In this document: in pieces, positions 49,498-63,040 of the stretch | How positions within the stretch are numbered: the first letter of the stretch is position 1 | How the letters are laid out: each line of letters starts with the position of its first letter | NCBI GenBank assembly: GCA_964016885.1 | Contig: OZ024740.1 | Coordinates: forward strand, 326,058,001 to 326,122,000 | Reading direction: 5' to 3' | Source of the DNA: Eledone cirrhosa | Taxonomy: Eukaryota | Length of the DNA stretch: 64,000 nt | Notes under the pieces: generated by a model | The model's input: only the letters and a program-made list of their open reading frames with translations | Database searches by the model: none | Told to the model about the DNA's origin: nothing | Program-made: the position numbers and the translations under genes

Positions 49498-50629
49498 GTA
49501 TTTTACCTTAAAATTGTTTTTTTTTTCAATCGTCTTTTCTTTGGTGTATTATTAACAGCAAATTCCGACAACCCTTGTCTATATAGACCACACGGATATA
49601 CATCATGTTTTGAGTAAACAATTATAATTAATAAAATAAATGAAAGGAAAAATATCTTAAAATACGTAAATTCTAAATATAAAAGTCATTTACTGAAGAA
49701 ATTTAATTTTGATAATTTTTAGGTCGTAAAACAAATAGAACTATCTTAGAGCAGAGGCTGTTCTCTAGCAGAGCTAGATATACTACCCAGACTAGGGTGT
49801 AAAGTCTGCCGCTCACTCCCTTGTTTTCCTTGAATTTCACTTTTTTCCTGTTTTTTTTTTTATAGCAAACGTTATAGAATTCAATTGAAATTTGTTAAAT
49901 GTATTTACAGATAAAGTAAAGCAGTGAAACTAATGAATTAAATTTTATAAAACAATATTTTACTCCATTCCTTGCCATATTTCTAATGAAAGATACTGAC
50001 TAATATTTTCGGTGCTGCTCTCAAATAGCCCTCCCTCTTTATATGAAAGAACAATATAATCCAAACTACTTTATTCCAAATTAGGATAGGAGTTAGTTGT
50101 CAAGGATAGGATTAATCCTAATTCATTCCACATTAGAGTTTAGAATTGGTGCATGTTTTCTGCTTGTATGACATACAGCGTCTGTGCCTACCCTGTGAAA
50201 GCCGTCTGAAAAAAGAAACTCCAATCAACTGCCACCCTTCTCTTCAGAAAATAAATTCTTCTGTTCACATGTATTTAGTTACTTCTTAGTATCTACTATT
50301 AAAATTAAAAGGATTCAGAGTAAAAAAGTTTTAGTAAGTAGGAAATGAAGACAGAACTTCAATCTTATCAGGGGAATGGTCATACTCCGTTTGTAGAAAA
50401 GCTGTAGGTGGGAACTCTATACAATATAAAACATATGTATACAAGAAATGTAGTGGGATAGTATACAGACTAACAGAAAAGGTAGACTTTGTAGGAAATG
50501 AGCATTGGTAGACAGCAGTAAGAGGCCCAATGTAATAAACTTTCTCAAGTCCCAGGAAAGCTCCAAAGAAGTAGTTCATAGCTTTTACCACCTAGATGAC
50601 TGAATTAGTTGAGGATGTTGCTCTAAAAA

Positions 50630-52480
50630 AATCTTCTTCTTTGCCCACATAATCTTGGGCATGTTGTTGGGGGCAGAGCCCTCAGACACTCCTTCCAGTG
50701 GATCCTGTCAGAAGCAGCCACTTCCAATTAATCTGGTTGGATCCCCAACATCATGCTCAGAGTCTACCCTTAGGTTTCCTGCTGGTTGGTTTTTGCCTAA
50801 AAAATCTGTCCAGCGATTCTGAGAGAATCTAACCACATACCTGTAGTAATGAAGCTTATCTCTTATTTCAGAAAAGTAGTTGTTCTACCTAGAGTGACTG
50901 TATTGCGTAAAGTAACTTCAAAGACCCTTCGGAGGAACCCCATTTCAGCTGTTTGTGTTCATGATCGTATTCTTTCAGTCATTACCCAAGATTCATGACC
51001 ATAGGCAAGTGCTGGCACAAATACCGAATTGAGTTTGGCTTTTACACCTATTGCTAAATGCTGAAGCTGGAACATTACTGCACCAGTTCCTGCAATTCTT
51101 ACACTTAATTCAACCTTCTGCCTTCCATCACTTGTGAATATGGTCCTGAGATACTTGAACTTCTTCACCTGCTTCAAACATACACTTCTTGGCAGTACTC
51201 CCACGATTTCTCCAAGATCTGTCACAGTGTGAATAAATTATTTTTTGTGCTGCATCTAGGACAAAAACCACACTGTTCACCAGCTAGCTTAGACTTGACA
51301 CTCTCCCTAGATCTCTTTTCCAGATACTTAGCACACACAAGTCAACCAAAGTCTATTGAAGACTTTTAACATATTAGGCCAAATTTCGTCCTCCCTTGTT
51401 GCCTTATGACATTTGAGCTCTTTCACAGCCTCTGAGATGCACCTCATGTACATCAGAAGATGCTGTTGCGACTAGGTTCAGGATATCAACAAATTATTCT
51501 CTCCACTTCGCGAGGATGCACCTTGCTGGAGAGTGGAGAGCCCCAGTCGCTTTCCTGATAGCAGATGTGGAGGAGGACTTCTTATTACGAAGTCAACCGA
51601 TGGTCTGCCAGAACATTTTATTTGCTGATTTGAAGTTGGATTCCAGCTTAACCCTAAAGTCATCCCATGTCTTATCTTTGGACACCTTTACTGTCTACCA
51701 CAAGTGCAAGAAGCAGGACTTATTTCTAAGCCAAGCTTTGTAAACCTCCTTTGCTTGGGTTACATCTTTGATCTCTTGATTGTACCAAGGGGTCCTCCTG
51801 CCACCTGGCACCACACCAAGCTGCTTTCGCCTGCAGCATTTAACAGATGAAGCAAAGGTTGTTGGTTTAAACAGTCTCCACTCTGTTTCAACATCATCAG
51901 TTTGCTCAAGGAATTTTCTGAATTTGAATGCAATTGTATCTGTATACCTTTTCTTGACTTCCTTATCCGCCTAAGCTTCCCACTTTATCCTGTAGGTCGA
52001 CCTGGACCTGTCAGTTTTGTGGGCTTCCTTGGATTTAGGTAATCTCAACATGAACATCCTGCACTGAAATGAAGAGATTAGGGACAATAACAAAATCAGT
52101 TATTGATCTTTGTCCCCAATTCCCCAAATACCATGTATATTTATGGATGTCTTTGTGCTGGAAGGTGTTCATAATAGAGAGCCCATTGCTAGAACAGAAA
52201 TCTTATATGGCCTCTCCATTTATATTTAGATTGGGATCGTCATTCCTCCCAATAACTCCTTTCCATGTTAGGTAGTCATTGTCAACATGTGTATTAAAAT
52301 CTCAGTCATAACCCTGCAGTGACTTCATCAAGGAAGAATCTATATTCAGACACTTAGTTGCATAAACTTGCACCAGCCAATGGGATCCAGTCTGTAGCAC
52401 ATCCTGATAGCGGAGGGGATTGTAAGTATCCCCACTCCCACCTGTGCAGTCATCTCTGGCACCACACCTGAATGTGGAGT
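50630..52480 (-). mobile_element. RTE-clade LINE (second family), internally deleted
   Basis: AQVGVGIL (APE), FKYL..IFTSDG and YGHESWVMTERIRS. Confidence 0.75.
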
Positions 52481-52625
52481 TGCTGAAATAATAGCAGGCT
52501 GGAAAAATTTCAGAGAACTAATATTTCTGGTGATATCAAAAGACTGGCTGTATGAAATCTTCCTCCAACCCAAACATGGAAAAGTAGAGGTAAAAAGATG
52601 ATAGTGATGTTATACAACATATATA

Positions 52626-53604
52626 TCATCATCATCATCACCGTTTTACATCCATTCTTCCACGCTAGCATGGGTTAGACGGGTTGTCCTGTTGTGGGCA
52701 GTGTCCAGTCAGCTGACCTTGTCTTGCTCATACGGGAACTGATTCTGGCTTGATTTCTACAGCTGGATGCTCTTCCTAAAACCAACCTCATTTACAGTGA
52801 GTGCTGGGTGCTTTTTTTCCATGGCGCCTACACGTCCACTTTGCAGTGGGAGGGTGTGGGGGCATATTGTCTATATGCTTCAGCTTCGGCTTGTACCCGT
52901 GGGAGGGTCGAGTCTTCTGTATTACTGCGTGACGCCAGAGGTCACGGTCGTGTGTCCTTTGAGAGGTGTAAGGTCGGCTTTTATCACCTCAACCCAGGTC
53001 TTCTTGGGTCTCCCCACTCCGTGGTTTCCATCGACTTCTCCTGCTCTCCACCTTTTTATGCAGCTGTCATCCTTCATACGCATCACATGTCCATACCAAC
53101 GCAACCACCTCTCCTGTACACAGCATTTGATTTCTCTTATGCTCAGTCTCTCTCTCAATTCCTTTATGCTTTGCCGTTTACGTATATTACTTTTACACAT
53201 CCATCGGAGCATGCAGGCTTCGTTTCTTTCTAATCTACGCAAGTCTTCCACAGTCAGCGCCCAGGTCTCACTACCATGTAACATTGCTGTTCGTATACAC
53301 GCATCATACAGTCTGCCTTTCATTTTGAGGGAAAAGCCTTTTGCAGCTAGTAGTGGCAGTAGCTCCCTGAACTTCTTCCATCCCGTTCTTACCCTAGTTA
53401 TTGTACTTTCCGAACACCCACCTGCGCTGCTAATTCGGTCACCTAGGTAGCAGAAGCTGTCTACTGTTTCTACAGAGCCCTCCCAGAGATTGGTGGTACT
53501 TATTTCCTGTGGCTGTTTGCTGTCCCAGCACAGCTGCTACATGTGAAGCCTACATTCTTAGTTAAACACAGCTGCTACATGTGAAGCCTACATTCTTAGT
53601 TAAA
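52626..53604 (-). mobile_element. Young 5'-truncated RTE LINE
   Basis: MKGRLYDACIRTAMLHGSETW...; 3' UTR like the 37285-40678 copy; 38-bp tandem duplication at the truncation point (53529-53604). Confidence 0.92.
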
Positions 53605-53844
53605 TATAATGTTTCATAATCTGATGGTGTAGCTATAGTTCAATACATATATATATAATATTACACAATTTGATGGTGGTGTAGTTTAATACGTGATTTT
53701 TTTTTCATTGTTTCAGAATCTCAGCTGACAATGGCATTAAAGGCTTCTTTACATTAGATACATCATCAATATTTTTTTATCTTTTAAAGACTAAAGGAAA
53801 ACATTATACAGAACAGATATAAAAAAAAGAGTGAAAAAAGAATT

Positions 53845-55197
53845 ATGGAAAACAAATGGGAAAAACAGGTTGAGATTAGGACAGAGACTGAAAGCAATGA
53901 TTTTTCGAGTGAAGTATTGAAAGAGACAGGAAAGACATCATATCCTTGTGATATCTGTGATAAAACATTCTCAAAAAAATATCAACTAACTTCTCACAAA
54001 CATATTCATACAGGAAAGAAGCCATATCACTGTGATATCTGTGGTAAATCATTCTATCAGAAACAAAGCTTAACTCTACATAAATATATTCATACAGGAG
54101 AGAAACCATATCACTGTGATATTTGTGGTAAATCATTTGTTCAAGGAAGACTCTTAATTAGACACAAGCGTATTCACACTGGAGAAAAGCCTTATCAGTG
54201 TGAAATCTGTGGTAAATCATTTTATGGAAGAGGTGACTTAAATATACACAACCGTGTTCATACAGGAGAGAAGCCATATCACTGTGATATCTGTGGTAAA
54301 TCATTCACTGGTAGAAGTCAGTTAAATAGACACCAAATCATTCACACAGGGGAGAAGCCCTATCATTGTGTCATCTGTGGTAAATCATTCTCCGGAAAAG
54401 TTAACTTGTCATTTCACCAAAGTGTTCATACAGGCATAAAACCATATTGTTGTGATATCTGTAGTAAATCATTCTGTCGCAAAGAAAACTTAACTAAACA
54501 CAAACAGCGGCATGCAGGAGAGAAACCATATCACTGTGACATCTGTGGTAAATCATTCTTTGAAGGTAGTGTATTAATTAAGCACAATCGTATTCATACT
54601 GGAGAGAAGCCATATCACTGTGATAACTGTGGTAAATCATTTTCTCGAAATGATACATTAACTAGACACAAACGCCTTCATGCAGGCATAAAACCATATC
54701 TCTGTGACATCTGTAGCAAATCATTCTCTACAAATACAGCCTTAACTAATCACAAGCATCTTCATACAGGAGAGAAGCCATATCACTGTAACATCTGTGA
54801 TAAATCATTCTTTCATAATGGTGACTTAACTTCTCACAACCGTGTTCATACAAGAGATAAGTTGTATCTCTGTGATATCTGTGGTCAATCATTCTCTCAT
54901 AAAAATTCCTTAACTAGACACAAACGCACTCATACAGGTGAGAAGCCATATCATTGTGATATCTGTGCTAAATCTTTCACTGATAATAGTTCCTTAACAA
55001 AGCACATGCGCACTCATACGGGAGAAAAGCCGTATCCCTGTGATATCTGTGGTAAATCTTTCTCTCGAAGTGGTGACTTAACTTTGCACATACGTATTCA
55101 TACTGGAGAGAAACCATATCACTGTACAATTTGTGGTAAATCATTCGCTACAAATGGATCCTTAACTTCTCACAAACGTGTTCATAAATTATCTTAA
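53845..55197 (+). CDS. C2H2 zinc-finger gene C (15 fingers)
   Basis: Intact array after a 32-aa leader; acceptor TTTCAG at 53716 and a 5' UTR homologous to A and B. Confidence 0.95.
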   Translation: MENKWEKQVEIRTETESNDFSSEVLKETGKTSYPCDICDKTFSKKYQLTSHKHIHTGKKPYHCDICGKSFYQKQSLTLHKYIHTGEKPYHCDICGKSFVQGRLLIRHKRIHTGEKPYQCEICGKSFYGRGDLNIHNRVHTGEKPYHCDICGKSFTGRSQLNRHQIIHTGEKPYHCVICGKSFSGKVNLSFHQSVHTGIKPYCCDICSKSFCRKENLTKHKQRHAGEKPYHCDICGKSFFEGSVLIKHNRIHTGEKPYHCDNCGKSFSRNDTLTRHKRLHAGIKPYLCDICSKSFSTNTALTNHKHLHTGEKPYHCNICDKSFFHNGDLTSHNRVHTRDKLYLCDICGQSFSHKNSLTRHKRTHTGEKPYHCDICAKSFTDNSSLTKHMRTHTGEKPYPCDICGKSFSRSGDLTLHIRIHTGEKPYHCTICGKSFATNGSLTSHKRVHKLS

Positions 55198-55439
55198 CTA
55201 CTCATATATGTATTGATATAGGAAAGTGACCATTCTATTTTAAAACATGTCTTATATAACTATAAATTTATTGACACAGCAAAGAACATCACAATGTGTG
55301 CTAGCAACCTTTGAACACTATTTTATATAGCCACATTTATCTATCTTACTTAGATAACTTACCATTATATGTATTTAATAAAGTTATTCTTTCACAATTA
55401 TCCCATCACCTTTTTACACCTGCTATTTCATGCTTGCAT

Positions 55440-55930
55440 AAGTTGAGTTGGATCAGGATCATTATTTTGTGATCTGCTATCACCATTTCTGTCCAGTCTT
55501 GGCTTTCCTCTATTGCAGATTCTTATCACTAGGAACTTAACCAAGTCATCTTCTGTATGCATCATATCTCCCTACTAGTGCAGTCTTTTTTGCACACTAC
55601 ATTTGATTCCTCCTCATATGTGCATCCTTCATTTCTCTCCAACTTTGGCATATCCTCTGTATTTACTGCCCATATTTCACTTCCATACTTTGCACCCAGG
55701 CATCATACAGTCAGCCTTCTGAGAAAAACCTTTTCTTGTCAACTGAAGTAGTAACTCACTAAACGTTTTCCAGCTCGTTCTTATTCTACCTACCACGCTT
55801 TCAGAGCAACTGCCTCCACTGTTATTTACCTATTTATCCAGGTAGCAAAAGCTGTCAACCACTTCTATGGAGCTTTCCCAGGATTAAAAAAATTTTATTT
55901 TGCTGGAGCTCTTACTACTACTATCTACCC
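55440..55930 (-). mobile_element. Old RTE remnant shared with the gene B 3' flank
   Basis: Reverse-complement match to about 23480-24200; the track ORFs 55557(+) and 23860(-) are near-duplicates. Confidence 0.7.
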
Positions 55931-56029
55931 CAATTTGTGAGAGAAATTGAGAGCTGTTCATAGTGAGAACTCTCTGGAATTCTTCTGCGCTTGTGTTTGT
56001 CGTCACCTTTGCTGCTTCTGTTGCATATC

Positions 56030-56260
56030 CTGGAGATCTTGTGATGCACCTGGACAATGATTGATGGGTGAAGGAAATCCCAGTGGAAGAGAGGTGCAGT
56101 ATTGGACGACCAAGAAAGACCTGGGTAAAAGTTGTGTGAGCTGGCCTCAAATCGCTTAGACTGGCAGAGGAGATGATGTAGGAACACGACAAGTGGAGAG
56201 ATGCCCTGCTGAGAAGGACCCGTCCGACCCATGCAAGCATGGAAATGCGATCATGATATA
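56030..56260 (+). mobile_element. RTE 3' end fragment
   Basis: IGRPRKTW plus CCCATGCAAGCATGGAAA terminal motif. Confidence 0.7.
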
Positions 56261-57634
56261 TATTAAATATTTGTATTGGTGCTCCAAAATAGCAATATAC
56301 ATATGAATGTATGTATTTTATATTTAATAATATAATATCTTTGAATCTAAAGTAAGCTGGATTCTTATAAAATTCTGCTTATGTTTATGAGCTGATGAAA
56401 CTCATCTCGTGCGGAGTGTGAGCTGGCCTGGCATACATTAAAACTTTTTATTGGTGCTCCAAAATATATATATATATATACATATATTTATATAATAATA
56501 ATATGGACAAGGTGTTAAATTTTCATTACATTTATTGAGGTGTGACACATGTTTCACGATTGATCAGCTCAAGATTTGATCTATATCAATTGGGCCCAAC
56601 TCTGGAATCAAAACCTGATCAAACTTCTGTCATCGTATATATATATATATATACAAAAGGTAAACAAAAATAACAAAGCAAACAACACAGTACAATGTAA
56701 AAATATATTAGTTTTATGCTTGATATAATAGGAAAAGTGTCTTAACGCTTCTGTTGCTTGCTTTTCATCAGAAAATAGAATGTGAAATTAAAGAAGTAGA
56801 ATCATAGAGGAGAGTGGCAGAAACGAAAATAAAATTTCTTGAGAAAAACAGGTCTATTCAAGTTGCCATCTCTTGGAAAACTATTAATTCTGGCATTGTT
56901 GTATAAGAAAATCAGTTGGTCTCGTTTTAAATGGTAGTGATCAAACACATCTAGCTGAAAATTAAAAAATCGTTTTGAATATAGAGCCTGTGCACACTTT
57001 TGTTGTTTGTACAAAGCTAAGAGTATGTGTATTGTTAGTCCATTCAGAGTTGTGAGAGTGTTTGTTTGTCTGTACAAGCTGTAAGAGAGTGTGTTTCTGA
57101 CTGTAACAGAGCGAAGGAACCTAGCAGGTGAATGTGTGCATGCATATGAGGTATCAAGCTGTATACATTCGATAGATGCAACCACAACACCACCAGGTTC
57201 CCTCTGAATTTCCTTGCCTCTAATGAGATATGCACAACAACTATGTGTTTAAGACAGCCAGGGTCTCCCAGAATGTCTCTTCTGTACTGAAGTGTCGATG
57301 TAGTTGTTGCTCAGCAGAAAGTCAGTCTGACACAATGCTGAAAATGAACCTACTTTTCATGCTGAGCAAAGAGATAAACCAGAATTGGCCAATCTCTAAT
57401 TTCTCTTCTTTACTGATATGTTTACACCATCAGTATGTCTCCAAGACTGAGTGAGAACCCAGCCAATGGAGCAAATTGGGCAGGTCTTACAGGCTCAACA
57501 GAGCAGCCTGCATGGTCCTGGTCCTAAATTAGATCTCTCTCACTTCACTCAAGCCAGACTCCCTTACATTGAATTCTTTTACTGGTTCTGTTGGTGTTAT
57601 CAGTGTATCACATAAAGAAAATGGCTAGGTAAAC

Positions 57635-58005
57635 ATCATCATCACCGTTGTTTTACATTTGTTTTTCCATGCTTGCATGAGTTGGATGGGTCTTTTGAAG
57701 CTCAGTATTCAGTTCCTGCAATTCTTGCATTTAATTTAGCCTTCTGCCTTCCACCACTCATGAAAAGGTCTTGTACTTGATATTTTCCACCTGCTTCAGT
57801 GGAACTCCACTCATGTAGAATGCATTATACAGGCTTCCTTGAAACGATGAGTGTCAGTTTTTGCAGTACTGATATTATTCTTGTCATGCAGCACTCAGCA
57901 GCAAATCTATCCAGTGGATGTTAGATATTCCCTTCCGACGAGTTAAATAGTGCCAATTCCACTCAACAGATCCTACACGAGCCAGACTTCATATCACTTC
58001 CTACA
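57635..58005 (-). mobile_element. RTE RT fragment
   Basis: Same family as 47305-47580 (DRFAAECCM..., GVPLKQVE). Confidence 0.65.
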
Positions 58006-58490
58006 TTTATTTGCCAGACAGTTAACACAGACTTTACCAGAGAGGCTTAACAAGATTTTTGGCACTACAACGCTATTAGCTGTCAGTCCAGTGGAAAACA
58101 GGCGAAGGTGACGTCACTCGTCAACATCGTTTATTTCCGTATTACTACCACGCGTAAGTGGAGTTTTCACGTGTTTTTTTTTGAGAGATAGGGAAGAGAG
58201 AGAGGGGGAAGACTTAAAAGGGCCAAATTAGAAAACAAATAGAAAACAAGTCATGGTTATAAAGCATATCGATGTAAGTGGAGTTACTTAAATGAAAATA
58301 TAGGTGGCCCTTAAAAGGGCCAAATTAGAAAACAAATTTAAGTTAATTAGAAAACAAGTCATGGTTATCAATGTAGAAAACAAGTCATTCATAAATTTAA
58401 GTTTTATAATCAAATTTTTTTCACCAACAAATATGACAGCTAATAGCGTAGTGCCCGCAATTCTGTATCTTTACGTATATTGCGCATAGA

Positions 58491-58710
58491 TACGAGGGTT
58501 GACAAAGATACTCTCATGGAATGTGACCAAATGAGGTTTATTTTTCAACATAGTCTCCCTTGCGTTCCACACACTTCTTCCATCGGTGTTGCAGTACTGA
58601 GATCAATGTTTTCCTCGGTAGTAGCAGTTGTAGGATGTCCAGACATTGGGTCATCTTCAAGAATCCCCTATCCTTTCCTAAATTCGGCTGCCCACTTTTG
58701 CACAAAGGAA
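58491..58710 (-). mobile_element. Internally deleted mariner element
   Basis: HTH segment WAAEF...LEDDPMSGHPTTATTEENID fused to C-terminal LQHRWKKCVERKGDYVEK, followed by TIR and TA. Confidence 0.8.
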
Positions 58711-59384
58711 AATTGTGGTACAATATTGTAAGGTCTGTTTATAGCATTATCCATCTTTCAAAAATGAAGGTCCACATTTCGTCGACTTCAATACATTTTA
58801 TTACAAAATTTCAATTTAGTTCGATTTTTTGGAATTTATTTAACAAACATGGAAAAATAAGAAAAAGAATAAAATAAAAAATAATTTGATTGCCTTTAAT
58901 AAAGAAGATAGAGTGGAACTGATTTCCAGGTCATACTAATGAAACAAGGTTTTTTCCATTACTGATATTATCTGTCTGCCGTAAGTCCTGGTAGAAGATG
59001 CTACACGAACTAAAGTATTTTACTGAAGGACGCAACATGCTGCAGGATCGAAGAAACGAGCCCATGACTTTATAATGGTTAGTCCAGTACCGTAACCCCT
59101 AAGGCATGTGCCTTCACAGAGGAAAGGTAAATCATATTATAACAGATTAGATGGGTACTATGTTAGATATTACTATGTGTCATATTATACCAAAGAGGAA
59201 GTGTGCTGTATAATAAACATTGATATCAGGTTGATTCAATAACTACCCGGTCCCAAATATGAACCCATGAACTTATGGTCGTCAGTCAAACACTTTAACC
59301 ATTGTATGTATGTATGTATACACGTATGGATGGATGTATGTATGTGTGTATACATGTATGTATGCATGTATATATGTAAGTATG

Positions 59385-60262
59385 TATGAGAACAACTGGA
59401 AGGACTTCAGGAGCTCGGTCTATGAGGCTTCAGCAGAGGTCCTTGGCTTTGTCACAAGAAAACAAGGACTGGTTTGATGAGAATGACCAGGAGGTCAAGG
59501 CTCTGCTAGACAGAAAACAAAAGGCACTTGATGCAGTTCTTAAAGGTGGTAGCTCTGTTGGTGACAATTATGAGCGTTACAGACAGGTAAAGAAGGAAGT
59601 GCAGGTGAAACTCAGGGCTATGCAAAATACCTGGTGGAGCAACAAAGCAGATAAAGTTCAAGTGGCATCTGACGGCAACAATGTGAAACTGTCGCACTTT
59701 CTACTCACAGAGGTGTATGGCCCTTTCAGCTCTCCAGTGGCCCCTTTGAGATTGAAAGATGGCAAGCAATTACTGCGTGACCCAAAAGACACTTGACAGA
59801 TAGAGAGATCACTTTGATGAGCTCTTAAACCAGGTTGATGATGATTTCATTTGTTCCATTCCTATTGAAGCATATGAAATGGCTAATGTATCTTCTCTTG
59901 CAGAGGGGACTTCTGTTGTGCATAAGCTGAACTGTGGTAAGTCACCTGGTATGGATGGTCTGAGTGGAGCGGTTTTGAAGTGTGGTGGTGAAAACTTCAC
60001 GCAGCACCTGACTGACCTCATGAAAATGGTGTGGGAAGATGAGAATGTCCCACAAGAAGGATGTGCTCATGGTGTTTCTCCATAAAGGAAAGGAAAAAAT
60101 GTGGCAATTATCATGTCATATCCCTTCTTTCAGTAGTTGGTAAAGTCGTGTCGAATATTGATCCCAACAGTTGCTCTGAATGTGTTGCCTGAGTCGCAGT
60201 GTGGGTTCAGAAACGAAAGAGAAACAGTGGATAAGATCGTTTCTGCTCGGCAGATAGTATCA
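59385..60262 (+). mobile_element. RTE-1/BovB-like LINE fragment
   Basis: DWFDEND, GKSPGMDG, ISLLSVVGK and LPESQCGFR. Confidence 0.82.
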
Positions 60263-60289
60263 AACTAACCACGGAACTTGAGACAATCC

Positions 60290-60800
60290 AACGAAGCTAC
60301 ACCAAGAGGAGATGAGCTACAGGGAGAGGCTAAAAGAACTGAAACTCTACTCCTTGGAATGAAGACGGGAGAGATACGCAGGGATATACATATGGAAAAT
60401 CCTGGAGGGACTAGCGCCAAACTTTGGTATTGAGAGTGGGACCAACCCCTGAACAGGACGTCACTGTGTGGTGACAAAGGTCCCGTCTTCCACATCTAGA
60501 ACAAGAAGCAGATATTGCAATAGACTGGGATTCAAAGGCCCTCAACTCTTCAACAAACTGCCGAGAAATTTGAGATATCTACATGGTGTGGCCGTGGATA
60601 TTTTCAAGAAACTTCTCGACACCCTGTTATCCAGGATCCCGGATGAGCCCACATCACTGTACGAAGGTAACCTAAGGGCAGCAGCAACGAACTCCCTCTT
60701 ACATCAATGGCCAGCCAACACAGGCTGGAGATAGAATGTGTAGCAACAAGGGCAGTGCCCAATCATGGTCTCAGCCGGATGGCTGGAACAGCTAAAAGAG
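60290..60800 (+). mobile_element. CR1-like LINE 3' fragment
   Basis: LKLYSLE.RRERY, IWKILEGLAPN and GPQLFNKLP...FKKLLD.LL.RIPDEP. Confidence 0.78.
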
Positions 60801-61109
60801 TATATATATATATTTAATATAGAAATGGCTTCAACAGGACTAGAACTGTTTCATTCGGAGGAAATCATCAGAAAAGCCGACTGTCAATGTAATATGGTAG
60901 TATTTATACATTTTCTGGTGGTAGGGGAGGGTAGTAAATTGATGCTAAGTAGACAAACATACACACTGACAGGCACTCCTAATTTTCAAGATTCATTTAT
61001 TCCAAACAAACAGGGTTTTCATTGAGTAGCAATATTAAAATGCTCTGCTAAAAGATATAAATATGTGTGTGTATAGATATATATGTGTGTGTGTTATATA
61101 TATATATAT

Positions 61110-61799
61110 ATGCGCATGAAAGACGACAGCTGTATAACAAAGTGCAGGGCAATAAAGATAGACGGTAGCCACGGAGTAGGCAGACCCAGAAAAACATGGG
61201 ACGAGCTGATAAATTCCGACCTCACACCTCTCCAAGACAATGTCACTGGACCGAGACCTTTGGCGGTACTCAGTAATAGAGAAGACCCGCCTTACCTAAA
61301 TACAAAGTAAAAACCTACTACAGTCAGTAGGCATCTCTATCAAAACACCCCCCCGTCCCACCACCTCCACCCCATCCACACCGCCCCTTTCAATGTACAG
61401 TTATGTTGGTCCCACAACATCCAGGCCGAAACAAATGAGATCGTGTAGGTGTCACGACAAAAAACACACAGTCCACGCTGTAAATGTGGCCGTGTAGGCA
61501 ACACGGTAAAAACCTCCCAGCCCCACACTGTAAATGTGGTTGGTGTTAGGAAGGGCATCCAGCTGTAGAAAACCCGCCAGACAGTCCACGCTGTAATGTG
61601 GCCGTGTAGGCAACACGGTAAAAACCTCCCAGCCCCACACTGTAAATGTGGTTGGTGTTAGGAAGGGCATCCAACTGTAGAAAACCCGCCAGACAGTCCT
61701 ATGCGAGCAAGACAACCACTCTTGCCTCAAGTGGGAAAACCCCCGTCCAAACCCATACAAGCGTGGAACACGGACGCTGATGATCATGATGATGATGAT

Positions 61800-61801
<2 letters not shown>
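61110..61801 (+). mobile_element. Young RTE 3' end in a (TA)n tract, with ~113-bp tandem duplication in the 3' UTR
   Basis: Near-identical to 30320-30915; duplication 61468-61692 bounded by ACAGTCC microhomology. Confidence 0.92.
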
Positions 61802-61840
<39 letters not shown>

Positions 61841-61849
61841 TGTGTGTGT

Positions 61850-62428
61850 GCAAATTTCAATAATATTAAGACACCCTAATGGGGGTTAAATGCCCTATAG
61901 TGAAAAGTTTGGCCAATAAATGGAACAAGATTTTACAAACTCCTCCTATGGTTTTGGAGATAGACCCCCCCCATAACCATATATATTCTGAAACTACATT
62001 GCCCAGGGTACTTGTATAAGTATATTTCATTTTAATCAAAGGGTTCATCGGGGGCACAAAACCGCCGCTGAAACTTTACCTTCGATTTATATGCAATTTA
62101 AACCATAGGTAAACAAGATATGATGCCTATTCACATCATTTCAGCAAATTTCAATAAAATTACAATACCCTAATGGGGGTTAAACTGCCTATTAGGGTTC
62201 ACCAGGGGGCGCAAAATCCCCGCTGAAAATTTTTTCGGTTCGATTTATATGCAACTTAAACCATAGATAAATGAAGAGATAAGATGCCTATTCACAAAAT
62301 TTCAATACTATAAGACACCTTAATGGTGGTTAAACCCTCAATTAGGGTTCCCCGGGGGTACAAACCCCTGCTGAAAACTTTTCCCTTTCGATTTATATGA
62401 AACTTAAACCATAGGTAAATGACAAGAT
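61850..62428. repeat. ~150-bp tandem repeat (possibly TE-internal)
   Basis: CCCTAATGGGGGTTAAA...AGGGTTC...CGCTGAAA...TTCGATTTATATGCAACTTAAACCATAG, about 3 copies. Confidence 0.7.
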
Positions 62429-62429
62429 A

Positions 62430-63040
62430 TGGTCCCATCCGGGAAATGGCCATGCTCAGTGTGTAAGAAAGGAGTAGGTAGAAACTCCATTTTATGTCCC
62501 AAATGCAAAGTATGGGTGCATAAAAGATGTAGTGGGATCACAGGTAAGCTAACTAAGAATTATAGATTTTATATGTGGCCGGTGCTCTGGTGCAATAAGT
62601 AGCAGCAAGTGCCCACAGAATACTAGCTCATTCCATTGCACAGATGGTTCTATAGAAATAGTGGACACCTTCCGTTACTTGGGTGACAAAATCAGCAGTG
62701 ATGGAGGGTGCTCTGAAAGTACAGTAGCTAGAGTCAGAACTGGATGGAAAAAGTTCAGAGAGCTTATACCACTATTAGCCGCTAAAGGGTTCTCCCTAAA
62801 AATGAAAGGCAGGCTGTATGATGCCTGTATACGAACAGCAATGTTACATGGCAGTGAGACCTGGGCATTGTGTGCAGAGGATATATGCAGACTGGAGAGG
62901 AACGAAGCTTGCATGCTCCGCTGGATGTGTAATAGCAATATACGTGAACAGCAGAGCATAAACGAACTAAGGGAAAAATTAGAAATAAGAGGGATCAGAT
63001 GTTTACTCGAGAGAAGACTACGTTGGTATGGTCACGTGTG
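62430..63040 (+). mobile_element. RTE internal fragment
   Basis: Near-identical to 29710-30318. Confidence 0.9.

Noticed and set aside
52767-53450. 227-aa plus-strand ORF and similar antisense ORFs over RTE copies
   Set aside because: They are open antisense frames of the RTE ORF2 with no independent motifs.
58739-58810. Minus-strand IEVDEMWTFI resembling a bacterial IS1 InsB motif
   Set aside because: Only about 23 codons between stops with no other IS features; likely chance.
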